A stretch of 64,000 nucleotides of DNA from an uncultured virus (IMG/VR IMGVR_UViG_3300005918_000015) (taxonomy: Duplodnaviria; Heunggongvirae; Uroviricota; Caudoviricetes): the IMG/VR virus record IMGVR_UViG_3300005918_000015; one strand, 5' to 3'. Positions 34,822-48,081 of this stretch are shown here, piece after piece. Made by a program: the position numbers and the translations under genes. Within the stretch, counting starts at the first letter, position 1; each line of letters opens with the position of its first letter. The notes under the pieces are model-generated. The model saw nothing but the letters and a program-made list of their open reading frames with translations, was not told the origin of the DNA and searched no databases.

Positions 34822-35811
34822 TTAGTGCGTCTCCAATTCTGATGGTGGATAGTAACCACATAGTCTGGCCACCTCTCGTATCGTGACCATAGCTTTACCT
34901 ATTGAGGTACGGCTGATGTCTAACATCTCAGCCATGTCTCCGTGTGTGTACCCTTGACCAAGCAGAGGGACAACTCGTAAGGCCAGACGATTCTCCCTGG
35001 TAGGTCTGCTCAATAGCATCAGGGACAGGTCGTCCGTCATAGTAGATTGTTTACGTGGGTCCTTGGTATGTTTCTCAGCTAATCCTTCCGCTGCATCAGC
35101 CTCTTTCCATACTCCGTCCTTCATCATCTTCATACCTACCATCTCAGCCTTGGCTCGACGAGACTCCTTACGATGATAGTTCGATAGAATACACCGGCAC
35201 ACCTGATGAACGTAATGACCAAAGGATGCCTTCCTCACATCGAAGGGACACGTACCCTTGTTACGGATCAAGATCCCTTTATATACTTCCTGCAACACTT
35301 CCTGCGGATCATACCCGGACCCAAAGATCCAATTCTTGAAACCTGCAAACAAAAGTTTAGCAACCTCGTGGCCTCTTTCGTCTAAATTTATCCCAAGTAT
35401 CGGCCCGTTAGGAAACTTCTGCATATCTATCAGTGCTTGTTCGGCACAAGTAAGTTTTAAGTTTCCCTTAGCTTGTAAACTTTTAGGGTTGATAGTTAGG
35501 TTCTGAGTTGATTTAGTTTTACCGGGGACGATTATCCCGGCATCTGTAACGATGCCACCGGGTTCAAAGAGGTCGAGTACGGGAACGATTGGTTGGATGT
35601 CACGTTGAGGCGGTGACCAGATTCCTTGTTTGAAGTACCGGTCGAAAGTCCAGTTACGAGCTTGGGGGTGACCGGTGAGATTAATGATTAGTTGACGAGC
35701 TGAGGAACAGATTACTTTTTCGTGAGGCTTGTGGATTTCGTACTGGCCGTCGTCTCTCATGTAAACTGGAAAACTGCCATCTTGATACCGACTGTATAAT
35801 AATCTCTCCAT
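34822..35811 (-). CDS. Sigma70/ECF-like RNA polymerase sigma factor with N-terminal extension
   Basis: Region-2-like DPQEVLQEVYKGIL..FDVRKASFGHYVHQVCRCILSNYHRK; region-4 HTH GYTHGDMAEMLDISRTSIGK; GAGGTG RBS. Confidence 0.7.
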   Translation of the reverse strand: MERLLYSRYQDGSFPVYMRDDGQYEIHKPHEKVICSSARQLIINLTGHPQARNWTFDRYFKQGIWSPPQRDIQPIVPVLDLFEPGGIVTDAGIIVPGKTKSTQNLTINPKSLQAKGNLKLTCAEQALIDMQKFPNGPILGINLDERGHEVAKLLFAGFKNWIFGSGYDPQEVLQEVYKGILIRNKGTCPFDVRKASFGHYVHQVCRCILSNYHRKESRRAKAEMVGMKMMKDGVWKEADAAEGLAEKHTKDPRKQSTMTDDLSLMLLSRPTRENRLALRVVPLLGQGYTHGDMAEMLDISRTSIGKAMVTIREVARLCGYYPPSELETH

Positions 35812-36295
35812 GCATCACCTCATTTTCAATAGGACTGGATAACTACATCTTCTACCCGAAAATCATTTTGATTTTCAAAATACATTCACAATTTTATTTT
35901 CAATGCGTGTTTGGATTTTTTCAAATATACACACTAAGTCCACACCTTTACTCCCACCTTTGAGAAAGGTTGGGGGGCTACGGGGTGGGTCGGTAATACC
36001 ATCATCAACAGGGTTCCCATATTTACGGGGGAGTATTTACAGCATGATTTCTTTTGTCTATATCAGGTCAGATACGATAAAGCAAGCAAAAAGGTATAAT
36101 AGGTTAAGAAAAGGGTTATCTCTGTAACTAGTATTGATGGGGGGGTCACTGAGATTTAGGGATTTATGAGCTCTTTTGTTTTACCAGCATCCTCTTTTAG
36201 GTTTAGGGTACATAGAGTCTACCTATGATTGTTTGATAAGCAGGGATAGTATTCTGTGTCCTTTACGAGTTGCTTGTATTTCGTAAGCCATTGTG

Positions 36296-36916
36296 TTAGT
36301 CCTCCTTTACTACTATGAAATAGGTCACCCATACGAAGTCCCCATTACTATTTTGTTTGGTAGTAACATCTGTAATTTCTATAATGAGGTCATCTGATAG
36401 TTTTTCAAACGATCCTGTACGGGTATAAGGGTAGAGTACGAAACGGAATGGACAATTAGTATACTCAGGGTCAAAGAAATGACCCCCGAAGAAGTGAGCT
36501 CCGAAGCCTTTAGACCCTTCATACACTTTTACTGTAACATCCTTGAGCTTCTTTTCAGGCTGGTTATCAAACAACCGTTCAGTGCGGGTTAAGGTTCCTT
36601 CACGGATATCCGAATAAACTGTACCTTTGTGGAGATTAGGGAACAGTTTCATAGTCTTGGGCGTGTCCTTAAAGTGTTCCTGTCCTGCTGGTGGTTCTTG
36701 AGGGGTATTTAAAGTTTTCTGGGCTTCTACTGTAATGCCTGCTGCCATTAGGAGGCTACTGGCTTGTTTAGCTCTGATATTGATATTATCAAAAATGTTG
36801 GCTGATGTTTCATTACCTAAAGATTTAGCTGTGTTAGAGGCTAATTCCAGGTCTTCTTGTACACGTAGGAGGTTATCTATACCTTCTTGTATTTGTTTTG
36901 CTTGTTCTTCATTCAT
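36296..36916 (-). CDS. Hypothetical protein
   Basis: ATGA overlap with the methyltransferase. Confidence 0.7.
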   Translation of the reverse strand: MNEEQAKQIQEGIDNLLRVQEDLELASNTAKSLGNETSANIFDNINIRAKQASSLLMAAGITVEAQKTLNTPQEPPAGQEHFKDTPKTMKLFPNLHKGTVYSDIREGTLTRTERLFDNQPEKKLKDVTVKVYEGSKGFGAHFFGGHFFDPEYTNCPFRFVLYPYTRTGSFEKLSDDLIIEITDVTTKQNSNGDFVWVTYFIVVKED

Positions 36917-37995
36917 TGTTTGTTCCGTTCTGTAAGGATGTTTTTAACTAACCGTGCTAAGAAAAAAGAAATCTTTGGTGGTACTGCATTCCCTATCTGT
37001 CTACTGATGGATCGTTTGCCGCCATAGAATACGAAGTCATCAGGGAAACTTTGAATCCTTGCTGCTTCTCTGGGTGATAGTGTTCTATTTTCAGTAGGGT
37101 GTATAAATCTACCACCTGTAGGTGTATCAAATCTTGTTGTTATTGTTACGGACTGTTTATGCCAATCCATCCTTCCATATGACCCACTGTGTACTGATTT
37201 GATTGTTTCATCTAATACTGTATAGTTTTCACCTGTCTTAATCAGTTTCATTCTTTCAACAGCCGTTTTTGAATGTTTTGCCTGCCAGTGGTTTTTTATT
37301 GTTTTGCCTGTACAGGCTAGGTATTTCTCATAATTTGTTTGAGGTGTTGGATTATCTACTACTCCGTCTTTGCTTACAGTAGGTAGATTCCCGATTGCAT
37401 TGTGTATGTTTACTGTATCGAAGTATGATGGGTTTAGTTCGTTCTTGGTTTGTTCCCAGAGTTTGTTTATGTCTGTATCCAGCGTTGTACCAATAACTAT
37501 GAGTCGTTCTCTTTTCTGTGGTATCCCGAAGTCTGATGTTTTGATTATTACGGAAAATAGTTGATAGGGTTCATTGAGTGTATTGAATGCTTGTTTTATT
37601 TCTTCGAAGATTTTACCTTTCTTCATTGTCAACATGCCTTTGACGTTTTCCATTACGAACACTTTTGGTTTCACCATTGATACTATGTTGAGGTAATGCT
37701 TGAACAGGTAGTTTCTGGGATCATTGGTAAAGTTTTGTCTTATTCTGGCTCCGGCCATTGAGAATCCTTGACATGGAGGTCCACCGATGATTACGTCTGC
37801 TTCACCTTGTTTAAAGGAGTTATCTACATTCTTGATATCATCTACGATCATCTTTATTTCTGGGTGGTTCAGTTTATAGGTATTGGCAATCATAGGGTCA
37901 AATTCCACAGCTTTCTCTATGATAAACCCTTCTTTTATGAAGCCGAGAGAAAACCCACCACATCCAGCAAATAGGTCAATTACTTTGATTGACAT
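36913..37995 (-). CDS. DNA (cytosine-5)-methyltransferase
   Basis: DLFAGCGG, GGPPCQGFS, ENV, QKRER, REAARIQSFP, QIGNAV. Confidence 0.95.
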   Translation of the reverse strand: MSIKVIDLFAGCGGFSLGFIKEGFIIEKAVEFDPMIANTYKLNHPEIKMIVDDIKNVDNSFKQGEADVIIGGPPCQGFSMAGARIRQNFTNDPRNYLFKHYLNIVSMVKPKVFVMENVKGMLTMKKGKIFEEIKQAFNTLNEPYQLFSVIIKTSDFGIPQKRERLIVIGTTLDTDINKLWEQTKNELNPSYFDTVNIHNAIGNLPTVSKDGVVDNPTPQTNYEKYLACTGKTIKNHWQAKHSKTAVERMKLIKTGENYTVLDETIKSVHSGSYGRMDWHKQSVTITTRFDTPTGGRFIHPTENRTLSPREAARIQSFPDDFVFYGGKRSISRQIGNAVPPKISFFLARLVKNILTERNKQ

Positions 37996-38001
37996 TATAC
38001 T

Positions 38002-39156
38002 TTATCCTTTGAGCTTTTTCTTTAAACGGTTCTGGTAAACTAGAACAGATTGGCAATCAAATCCTTTGTGGAACCCTGTCATAAACATTGATTTGAGAAG
38101 ATTCTCCCCGACATTGTTTGTTTTTAACTTGGGTAGGTGTTTGGTTTTAAAATGATTCTCAGACCGATCTTGATATGTAATATTGTACCGTATCTCAGGA
38201 TCATTGGGGGCATCTTTATCACATTCAGCTCTACCATCTTCGAATCCTGCAAGGAACATTTTTTCAGCTTGTTCTTCCCCTGTCTTTGTTCTGAGGAACT
38301 CTGGGACTTGTGGGTCTGGAGGGTTATCATTCTCAGTTATACTCTTATACAATCCAGCAAAGTGTTCATGCGGAAATGTGTCTAATGGTGGCAGCTTTAA
38401 CTCCAGTACCTCTTGTTCTTCTGTGGTAAGGACTACAGGAGCTTTCTTAGGGGCTTTTTGTTCCTTGGCTTTGTTACGTTCTCTGTATTGTTTGATACGT
38501 TCACTGTAACTGTCAAGGGAGTAGAAACTGATATCAAACTTCTTCAAGAGCTTTGTAAGTTTATCCCAGTCAGTAAGGGCATGAAGGAGCATCTTGGTTG
38601 CTTCCTCTGTAAAAGTGTAGCTCTTGGGATCTACATGGATATTCTTCTCCATGTAGCCTGGGTTATTTATATCCCATATTAGCCTTCGGGTACATCTATG
38701 AGTTCCATAGATATCGAGCCTACGTTCTTCTTCCTCTATCATTTTCCATTTTAACTCTTGGTGTATTCTTTCTTGGCAGTCTGCTATGAACTCTTGAAGG
38801 AACTTTTTACGGAATTTTCTGGTTAGGCTGGGGTGTCCTTGGTATTTGTCGTTGTTGGAGTCTTCTTCTGGTTTATAGTGGAAGTAGGAGACATCTGAAT
38901 AGCCATGATAGAAATTATGGAGTCCGACAGAGCCTATGGTTCCATTTTCTATAGGTAGATTCATCCAGCCTCTCCAACCACCTCTTCCTATTTCCTCTTG
39001 TCCTGTAAAAGCTACTTTATGGATATCACACATGTCCTCAAGTAGTCCTTGAACGGGTTGTATTTCTTTCTTGTATTCGGCTCGTTCTTCCGCTCTCCGT
39101 GCTGACCAGGCATCTTGTCTTTTCTCAGCTTGTTCTTGTGTTATGTAACAGGGCAT
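38002..39156 (-). CDS. Hypothetical protein
   Basis: 384-aa ORF; AAGGAG RBS. Confidence 0.75.
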   Translation of the reverse strand: MPCYITQEQAEKRQDAWSARRAEERAEYKKEIQPVQGLLEDMCDIHKVAFTGQEEIGRGGWRGWMNLPIENGTIGSVGLHNFYHGYSDVSYFHYKPEEDSNNDKYQGHPSLTRKFRKKFLQEFIADCQERIHQELKWKMIEEEERRLDIYGTHRCTRRLIWDINNPGYMEKNIHVDPKSYTFTEEATKMLLHALTDWDKLTKLLKKFDISFYSLDSYSERIKQYRERNKAKEQKAPKKAPVVLTTEEQEVLELKLPPLDTFPHEHFAGLYKSITENDNPPDPQVPEFLRTKTGEEQAEKMFLAGFEDGRAECDKDAPNDPEIRYNITYQDRSENHFKTKHLPKLKTNNVGENLLKSMFMTGFHKGFDCQSVLVYQNRLKKKLKG

Positions 39157-42100
39157 TATCTTCTCCTTTTATCACATTTTCTTTTCAGGTCATTTGGATG
39201 AATACATTTCAGTTCTTTCATGTGTTCCTGAGTACGGTCTCCATAGTCAATAACTTGATCCAGAAATTTTTTACCTTCTGGGGTTGAGAAAAGGGATTTG
39301 AGTGTTCTTTTCTTCATCCTAATCCTTGTGCTTGTTCGATGTATCTCCATTGTGTGACTGTGTAGCCCCATTTGTTTATTTTGCCATAGATACTAGAGAG
39401 CCATTGACCATCTTCATAGCAGCCGTGTTCTATTGATCTTGTATCAAGATCAATTTCGACCTTCATGTTCTCTGGCGGGGTCTTGTCATCTGGGTTGATC
39501 CATCCATCGTTGTCGTCTGGTATTCCCTTGGTTGTTTTACGATCACATTCAGGGCAATAGAGGTCTGTTTTACCTTGTGGTTCAAAGGAGCTGTTACATT
39601 TGACGCAGGTTCCTTTTGTCCAGTTGATATATTTCCAAAATTGTTCTTCTTTCATGTCTGATCCTATCCTTGATTATAGTTTTTAATAGCTGCTGATTCT
39701 TTTATTGTGTATGGGTCTTATATCAATGTTTTTCTTTTAGTTCCAGTCTGAAAACATTTGTTAGATGCTTGACACATTGGTAATTGCAAAGATCTCTATA
39801 AAATTTAACGGCACATCTTTTGTAACAGCATACCGGAATGGTATCCCAATTCTTTTCTTTTTCTACTTCGGTCTTACACAGAATAATTGAATCTTTACCA
39901 TACTGCTCGGCCTCTTTGTGCATTTCACCGCAGGAACACATTAGGAAAGCCATTATTAAAATCATAAAATATCTCATTGTTTTCGGTCCTTTCTTATCTA
40001 AATCCGGGGTATCGGTATCTCTTATGCTTCTTCACAGGGTTTGGGTGTCCTAAACAGCCTAGAAGGAATGTATCTGAGTTGTTTCTTTTACCCATTAGTT
40101 TTTTGTTATCTTCATAGAGGGCAGTTCCGATCCATACGCAGCATTGTTGTATTTCTTTATGTGAGCATTGGGTGCATTCTATGTCTTTGAGGGAGCTTTG
40201 GATCACTTCATACTCTGATGATCCTATGTCTGTGTATTGAGTTCCTGCACATATGTTACGTGTTATGACTCCCAAGTCATAATGCTTGTCTAATTCTCCT
40301 ACACGTAAGGTTGGCAGGTTTATTAAAAACAAGTATAATAGCCACATAACCCCTAAGACGATAAATAGGATAAGAAGGTTACCGAACCAGTCATTTTTTC
40401 TTTTCTTTTCAGTCATTGTTATTATATGTTTCATAACGTCCTTACCATTTTCTCATAGGAGTCCATAGTCACTGCCATGGTTTTTATTTCTTTTTGAAGG
40501 GCTTCTTCATTTGACTTTGCCTTTTTTCTTATTTTTTCAAGCCTTTTTATGTCATCAGACAGAGATTTCCCGTCGGTGTCATCTTGAATCATACTTTCAT
40601 ATTCCCATGAAATTACTTCATCGACTGCTATTTCTAATTCCTTAAGTCGTTGAAGTAACTCTTTATTTTTATTTTTTAATAAGTTTATCATTTGACCTTT
40701 ATCCCCTTGGATAATCGTCTTTCCAAGGTTAGAGTAGGAATATTAACATTATCCTTAACATCTATACAAATACGTCCTTTACCATCAGGAGTGTACAACC
40801 AAGCATTAAGCTTTAAATAACTATTGTTTTTATAACATACTTCTGTTGCTTGTTTAGAGAATAGCTCTTTCACGTTCCAAGGCTCTACAACTAACTGAGA
40901 AAACAGAAAACCAGCTATAAATATAACCACTACAACCATTACAGTACCTAATGGGCAGCATTTTTTATTATTTGTCATCATTTTCCCCATCGTTGATGAA
41001 CTCTGGACCTTCTGGGTGTACCAGAGGATTATAGAATCCGCACCTTGGCCCATCTATCTCATGACAGACACATTTTTCTGGAGTTTCCGTCCACATACAT
41101 CCGCCACAATCTCTTATATCAAGACAGGTCAGTTTAGTTTTCCAGTCCTTTGGTAATGTTTTATACCTCATAAGTAGCCTCTTTACTTTCACTAAATCAG
41201 AAAAAAATTCATTCCACTACTGACAAGAACCAGACTGCTATTTTTCCAGTTTGTAAAACGGGTCAGCATGTTGTCCCACAACGAGGACTTAGGTTCTGTT
41301 TGGGTCTTTTCTGGAAAAAAGATAATAGAACAAATATCTTCGTTAAACACTTTGGGTTTATTTATCATTGGCTTAATTGGTGTAGTTGGTTTAGGCCAAA
41401 TAACTTTTCTTTTTTCTTTTTCTCTCCATCGGAGGGTTCTAAGAAAACACTGTTCGGCTTTTCCGTAAACCTCACAGTGTTCTGCTGCAGAACCAGCCAC
41501 AGCAGCAGCATGGACGGCAGTTCCAGAGTCAGCTACTTCAAACACTTCAAGATATGTCCAGTCAATAGGGATGTCTCCATAAACGAAAATAGCCAAACCC
41601 CTATCCTTAGTACTCACGATCCAATTGTCAGATTGGATTTTCCTACCCCCTTTCAGACCCCTGACCATGTGGTTGTTGCCTACCTGTAGGAATGGGGTAG
41701 CTATGGGGATTCCGTGTTTAAGACCTCTCCAAATATGGTCTCCAACTTGAGGGATGTCTAAGAGTTCATAGGTTTTTGGTAGTCTGCATTTTATCATAGT
41801 TTGCTCCTTCTTACTACAACAACCCACAACTTTCAGAAACTAAGCTAATCCAAGTCTGGTGGTGTCCAGACCGTATGGGGATATAGTAGTCCTTCTGGCA
41901 AATGTATCAACTGTTCTCTCTTGATCGAACGAGACCAATCAAAATATTTCTTTTCAGGGTGTATCCAAGCTCTAGGGTACGAGACAAGTGTACTCCCTTC
42001 ATGTAAGACTTTACCCTTTGGTACTCCAAGGGAGGTTTTCGTTGGATTCAGGCAAACTGCCAGACCTTTAGGAATAATGACTCTGAATCCATTCATGCTG

Positions 42101-44100
42101 ATAACATACTCACAGGTTGTGAGCCACAGGCTGAAATGAACCAGTTCAGGGTCTTCATTTTCAGTTACTTCAAAGTAATCGTTCAGGAGTTTAACTCCAT
42201 AGATGTGAATGTCATCAGCAGGGTGTATTTTCTGGTCTCCCCATTGTTTAGCTGGTATTTTATCATAATAGATACCGAACTCCGGTGTAGGGGGTGCAGG
42301 ACGTTGAAAATAGACGTGGGTATGTGTGTGTGTGGATATAATGTTGATCGTCGTTCCTAGACCGTCTAAGACCCCTTTTGAGTGATTTGGGGCAGGGTAT
42401 GTCCAGTCCTTCGGATGAACCCATGGAAAGAAGGATTGGAATCCTGTTGGATCGTTATTTGACATGTTTTTCGGCCCCTCTGTTTAGTTCCAATCTTGAT
42501 CTCATTATGGCTCTCAGAGAGCTTTCGATACTTTTCGTAAAGAACTCAATCATAATTTCTGCTACTGCACCCCCTCTTATTTCCCAGAACTCCTGTTGTT
42601 TTTGGTACCTGATGATATCTTGTTCATTGTATCTGATAAAAGCATTGATTCTTTCTTCATCAGATTTGCTTGAGTCTTGAAACAGCAGGTAATCTTCAGA
42701 TAGTTGTGTTGTCATGACTGTTTCCTTTTGATTGAGGCTTCAGCAAACTCTACATCGTTAATAAGGTTTTTATAAGAAAATCTTATGTTGAAGTCAGATG
42801 TGAGGTGGATGTCTTCATGATCTATGTCAAAACTATTGCAGGTTAGTAAGAGCCAACCAAGGTCTTTTACCATGCTGCCTGTTCCTTTAAGGGCAAAGAC
42901 TCTAGCAGCTAATGCTGGGAGTTTTTTACCGATTGTTTTCATGCTGTCAAAGTATTTTATAATTCCTGCTTCGTTCATGATTGTTCTCCTTTTCTTACTT
43001 CAACAACCCACAATAAAGAGAAACTAAGCCAGAAAAGAAATTATTTGATTTCGTAAAGTTCCACCCATTCTGTTTTGATCCAGAATTTCCATTTAGGAAC
43101 ACGTTTAACGGCCATGAATAATATGTCTGAGTTGTTGTAGAGGTCATCAAAGACATCATAAGCTGCCTGGAATGCTGCCTCAGCATCGTTCATGGTGTCG
43201 TAGCGGGTTGCGTTATCAAGACCCCATATGAAATCATAGCCTTTCCTGTAAAAGTCGTTGGGGTGGTGATTTGGGTCGTATTTCAGGTATGTCGGAGTGT
43301 CATACCTGCCGGTTAAGCTCTTGATAATGATGGTTTCCTGTTTCATTATGATCTTTCCTTTTGCATTACTCAATCAGTTCAGCTTTTTCTTTTGTAATAG
43401 CTGCCAAACATTTGCTTTCACACATTTCCTGATCTTTTTTTGATGTATAGAGCAGCCATATATCTGAACATTCACCTTTACAGCATGAGGTAGTGTATTT
43501 AGATTCGAGGCATTGATATATAACTCGTGACATTTTCTGATTGATATTGTTTTCGAGCAGTTCATTAAACGTCTGGTCCATATCCAGACTATTTAGAGCT
43601 TTGCTGCATTTCTTGATGCCCACTGCTACCACAATTATCAGTGCTATAACTACAAGTATTGATGCAATAGTTACAACCCAGTCTTTTATTGATTTTTTTG
43701 TTTCTTTAGTCATTTTCTCTCTCCAAGATTAGGGTTAATGTTTCTTTCTTACTACAACAACCCACAGATTAAAGAAACTAATCCAAGCTGGTTCAATAGT
43801 CCAAATTAAAATCGTCTAGTTCGTGGTATTTATTACAAACCTCATCAACAGTTTTTAGTCTTTTTGTGATGTTGACACAAGCTATTATGCAGGCCGACCG
43901 CCTGGTGTTAGTGCAGCCTCAAGAACCAAAGAAGCATTGGCCTTTGCAGCATTCTAAAACACTTGGCTCTCCGGTACAGATTAAGCCGTTGGCACAAGCT
44001 TTCTCCTCACCTATTTGGACATTTTCTTCATCCGACTCAAAACAGCCTGTAAGACTTACCACAAGTACCAGTAAAATTAAATATTTCATCTTTATCTCCT

Positions 44101-44628
44101 TTATTGTTTATATTTCAACATTTCTTTTTGTTCAGATATTAATCGTTTTTCCTCTGCCTTATAAGACACTCCGAACTCAGGTGATTTTTCTTGTATTGTT
44201 TCAAGGATAACATCCGAGTCTATTAGTATCTGAATACCTTGATCGACAAACTGTAAGGATTGTTTGAGTGCTTCTGATGTAAAGTCGTTAAGCTCCATTT
44301 GAGCTGCTTTTATAAGTGCTGTTGTTTTAACAATGTCTTCTCCACAGAGGTCCTTATGAAGAATACAAATTTGTTTACCGTAGATTTGAAACTTATCTAA
44401 TAACAAGATAGCCTGTAATCCGCTGTTTCTTGGGACGGGGTCAATTTTATCCCCAAGACGGAGAATATTTATCAGAACCTCAATAGCACCCAGATTACGT
44501 CCGGCCATTTTATGTAACATGGATGGCATCCATTCACCATTATTATCAATTTGCAAGGCATCAAGTTTACAATATTCACTTATAGAGCCCATCACTTTCT
44601 CCCTATTAGTATTGCTTATTTGGTTCAA
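44101..44628 (-). CDS. Hypothetical protein, paralog of 45210..45653
   Basis: Shared MA..NLGA..VL.NIL.LGD.IDP..RN.G..AILLLD.F.IYG.QI..LHK..CGEDIVKT.ALI. Confidence 0.8.
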   Translation of the reverse strand: MNQISNTNREKVMGSISEYCKLDALQIDNNGEWMPSMLHKMAGRNLGAIEVLINILRLGDKIDPVPRNSGLQAILLLDKFQIYGKQICILHKDLCGEDIVKTTALIKAAQMELNDFTSEALKQSLQFVDQGIQILIDSDVILETIQEKSPEFGVSYKAEEKRLISEQKEMLKYKQ

Positions 44629-45209
44629 GAGAGAAGAATAAGCAGATGATTTTTAAGTTTGGTTTATTTTGTACGTGTTTGTCTAAAAGGGCCTGGTAGA
44701 CAGCTTCTCTTGTTTCATTTTTTACTTTGACTATCCCTCTGGCAGTGTGTGTGTATTCTTTCCAGCCATCATTTACTCTTAAAGTTATTATGTAGAACAA
44801 TTTAATTGGTTCTTTCATTTTTCTCTCCGTTTTTCGTCTTCACGTTTATCGTGGGCTTTATATTCCTCTTTGTCCACAAACCAAGGCACTATCCAACTCT
44901 GTGCAAGAGGCCGATTTTGTGAATCATAGGCTTGTTTACCACATCTCAGGGATGGTAGGTCTGGATGTTTCAGAGAATAATCTTTACCGGTCGGGTAGTT
45001 ACTGAAAAAGACTTCATTTTCCCTGCATTCCGGGTGTTGGCTATCGGTACGATCATTGTAATAATTATTACCATCACCCTTTATACTGAATAAGGGACGA
45101 GACTTATTTTTAGGTGTCCACTTTAGTTTAAACTCTTTTGTCATAATCTGTTCCTCTTTTTAAGGGTTGTCAATCACTTCTTACTACAACAACCCACAAA
45201 AGTTGGAAA

Positions 45210-45653
45210 CTAAGCCATTTTAGGCATGATTTCTCCAAGTTTTGGTAATCTCTCTTGAACTGTCTTAAGAACAGCATCTATATCCAGTGTGATTTCGATA
45301 CGTTGGCTAACAAACTGTACGGCTTGTTTAAGTGCCTCTCCGGTCATTTCTTCAAGATCCATCTGAGCCGAGCGTATGAGGGCTATTGTTTTTACAATAT
45401 CTTCTCCACAGATGCTTTTGTGGAGAACCCAAATTTGTTCACCATAGATCTCAAACCGGTCTAATAACAGAATAGCCAGTGAGCCCCCATTTCTTGCATC
45501 TGGGTCAATTCGATCACCAAGGTTAAGAATATTCACCAAAACCTTAGTAGCACCCAGATTTCCCTTGGCCATCCTTACGATAGCATTAGTTGACCAATCC
45601 CCAGTAATTTGTAAGTCGTTTAGTTCAGGCATTTTTCTCCATCCAATACACAT
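45210..45653 (-). CDS. Hypothetical protein, paralog of 44101..44628
   Basis: Same conserved pattern; its stop codon lies inside the promoter-like element. Confidence 0.8.
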   Translation of the reverse strand: MCIGWRKMPELNDLQITGDWSTNAIVRMAKGNLGATKVLVNILNLGDRIDPDARNGGSLAILLLDRFEIYGEQIWVLHKSICGEDIVKTIALIRSAQMDLEEMTGEALKQAVQFVSQRIEITLDIDAVLKTVQERLPKLGEIMPKMA

Positions 45654-48081
45654 TTCTTGAACCGTTTGACGGTTTGATTGAACCCGACAAGTTTGCCTGT
45701 TAGTTCTTCATCGTAGGCAGAACAAACCCATTTCTCATCTTCTTGAATAGTAAAGACACAAAACGGGCAAGTGATTCCGTTTATAGAGCAGTGTTTTTTG
45801 TCTGCCGGTTTGATTATAACAGAACCAGGTTTTTCAAATTGTATCATTGTTTTTTCCTATTAATTGATTAGTTAAAAAATATCTCTCTTACTACAACAAC
45901 CCACAACTTTTCAAAACTAAGCCAAAAAGCACAACCCCCGTAAGCAGGATTACTCACAGGGGTTGTTAAAGCTTCGGTCAGTCCTACAATTAAAACAGTC
46001 CCGACTCGAACAGACTGCAAAAGGAGTCTATATCAAATACAAGAACTATCTGGCAGCTTTTGATATAGACGGAAGGATCATAGAAACCTCAAAAACAACA
46101 CATGCTGCCAGCACCGCACCATTACTATATTATACCCTACTTCTCGTAATTATAGAATTTCTTTAAGGTCATACCGTAGGTTCTCCTTTCAAGGCCAACA
46201 GCCTTGGGCAATCATCTGGGATTCTGAGCCCACTTATCATATTGTCAGGTAATACTTTCTCTTGGCAGGCATAACCAACGAAATGTTCAGTAATGACCAT
46301 ATCATAGCAATCAGGGCAATCACTACACCATTCTATCGTCGTGGCTGGTATCAGAACGGTATTTTTCTTCTTTTCAGTCATTCTTTGGCCCTCTCAAGGC
46401 TGCATATAAAATTTCAAGAGTGTCTTCTTCAATGGTTCCTGGAAGACGGTCGATGGTGTACTCCAACTGATTAAGTTTATCCTGCATGATTCGTTGCCAC
46501 TCTCCGATATTCTGGAGATGCTCCATAGCATGTTTTGCCCAACCATCTGTCTCTGACAGGTAACCGTCTCGGCTACCGTGGTCTGGGATAGGTTCAGGAT
46601 GCATGTTCAGAGCTGATTGAGCACTGATAATCTCACTGGATATTGTTTCAAGGATGTCTTTCATTCCCTTGGTATTATCTGGTTTTACAGGTGTTCCCAT
46701 TATTCTACTCCTATTCCACTCCACAGTCAGGGTCGATGATAAATTCGGCATCAGCAAACAGTTCCGTGATATCAATCAACATTTTCTGGGTTTTGTTGTT
46801 TTCTTCTTGAAGGGCATACTCACGTTTGATACGTTCTAATTTCCATGCAAGCAAATGTATTCTCATACCTGCCGGTATGCCTTTGAGGGAGTCCACATTG
46901 AAGCTGATTCGTCCTACTACTAAATTACCGGGCTTGATGACTTCCAAGTCTATTTCCCAACCATCACTGTCTTTATTGGTTTTATTGTTGCCTTTCGGGG
47001 CATTGATGACACCTCTGATGGTCAAATCACCGACAGTGGTATTAAAGCCTCTGTTGTTGAATCCAGGTCTAGTTTTACCGATTTCTATTTTCATTATGCG
47101 TTTCCTTGTCCTTTCCAGTACCAGCAATGTTTTCCGATAGCTGCTAAGAGCTTGAGTTCCACGAGAACCCGACGAAAATGAGAGGTCATTTCATCATTGT
47201 GATCGAAAGCATTGTTGAAGGGGTATCCAATAATTTGGCATTTCTTCTGCCAATATTCTTTCATGACGGCTTTAAGGGTGGCATCAGGGATGTATTCGTC
47301 AAGTTGTGGCCCGACTTCACTCATAGCCTGTTGAAATTTCTTGGCTTGGGCTTGGTCATTTGATAGTAAGGTTTGTTCATAGTTTTTCATGGCCATACTC
47401 CTTATTTGAGGGGCTTACCGACTTCAACACGAATGACTGGTCCTGAGCCGATGGTGAAGTCTTCAATACCAACGGAAACTAGAACACCACCAGTATAAGA
47501 AAAGTCTCCACAGACAACGTAGGGTCGGAACATCTGGATACTGCCATCAGGGTTGATACATTTGACCGTAGCGTGGCCGTATGACCCCTCAAGGCTTATA
47601 TCAAGTACGTCACCAAGGTTGATGTCTTTCAAGTCTTGTAGTTTTTCAGGTTTCATTGTTCAACTCCTATTTTGAAGGTTTTGTTGCCGTTCTTACTACA
47701 ACAACCCACAAAAACTAGAAACTAAGCCACAACCTATTTATCTGGGAGGGGATGGATCATAGTGTCCATATTGAATCCTTTTAGGTTCTGTACTGGCTAC
47801 ATTGAGGGTAATTGATACAGACATCTATGGATTTCTCAAAATGTTTGTTCATAATTTAATCCTTTTCTGGGTAAACAGTTGTTTCAGCATCTGCCATAAA
47901 GTCCTCTTTTTCAATAATACCCTCATCCTTGGCACACTTGGGGCACAAGACAGTACTCTCATACCCTGAAGGTGTCCAACCAATCTCACCAATCAAACGA
48001 TTGACGGTGTACGCCGGAGTCGTTACATGTATTTCTTTAGTTCTCCCACAACCTTTACAGATTATATTCAGTTTCATAATT

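Noticed and set aside
35930..35940. CACACTAAGTC as a second NrtR box
   Set aside because: Only one half-site matches and there is no palindromic partner.
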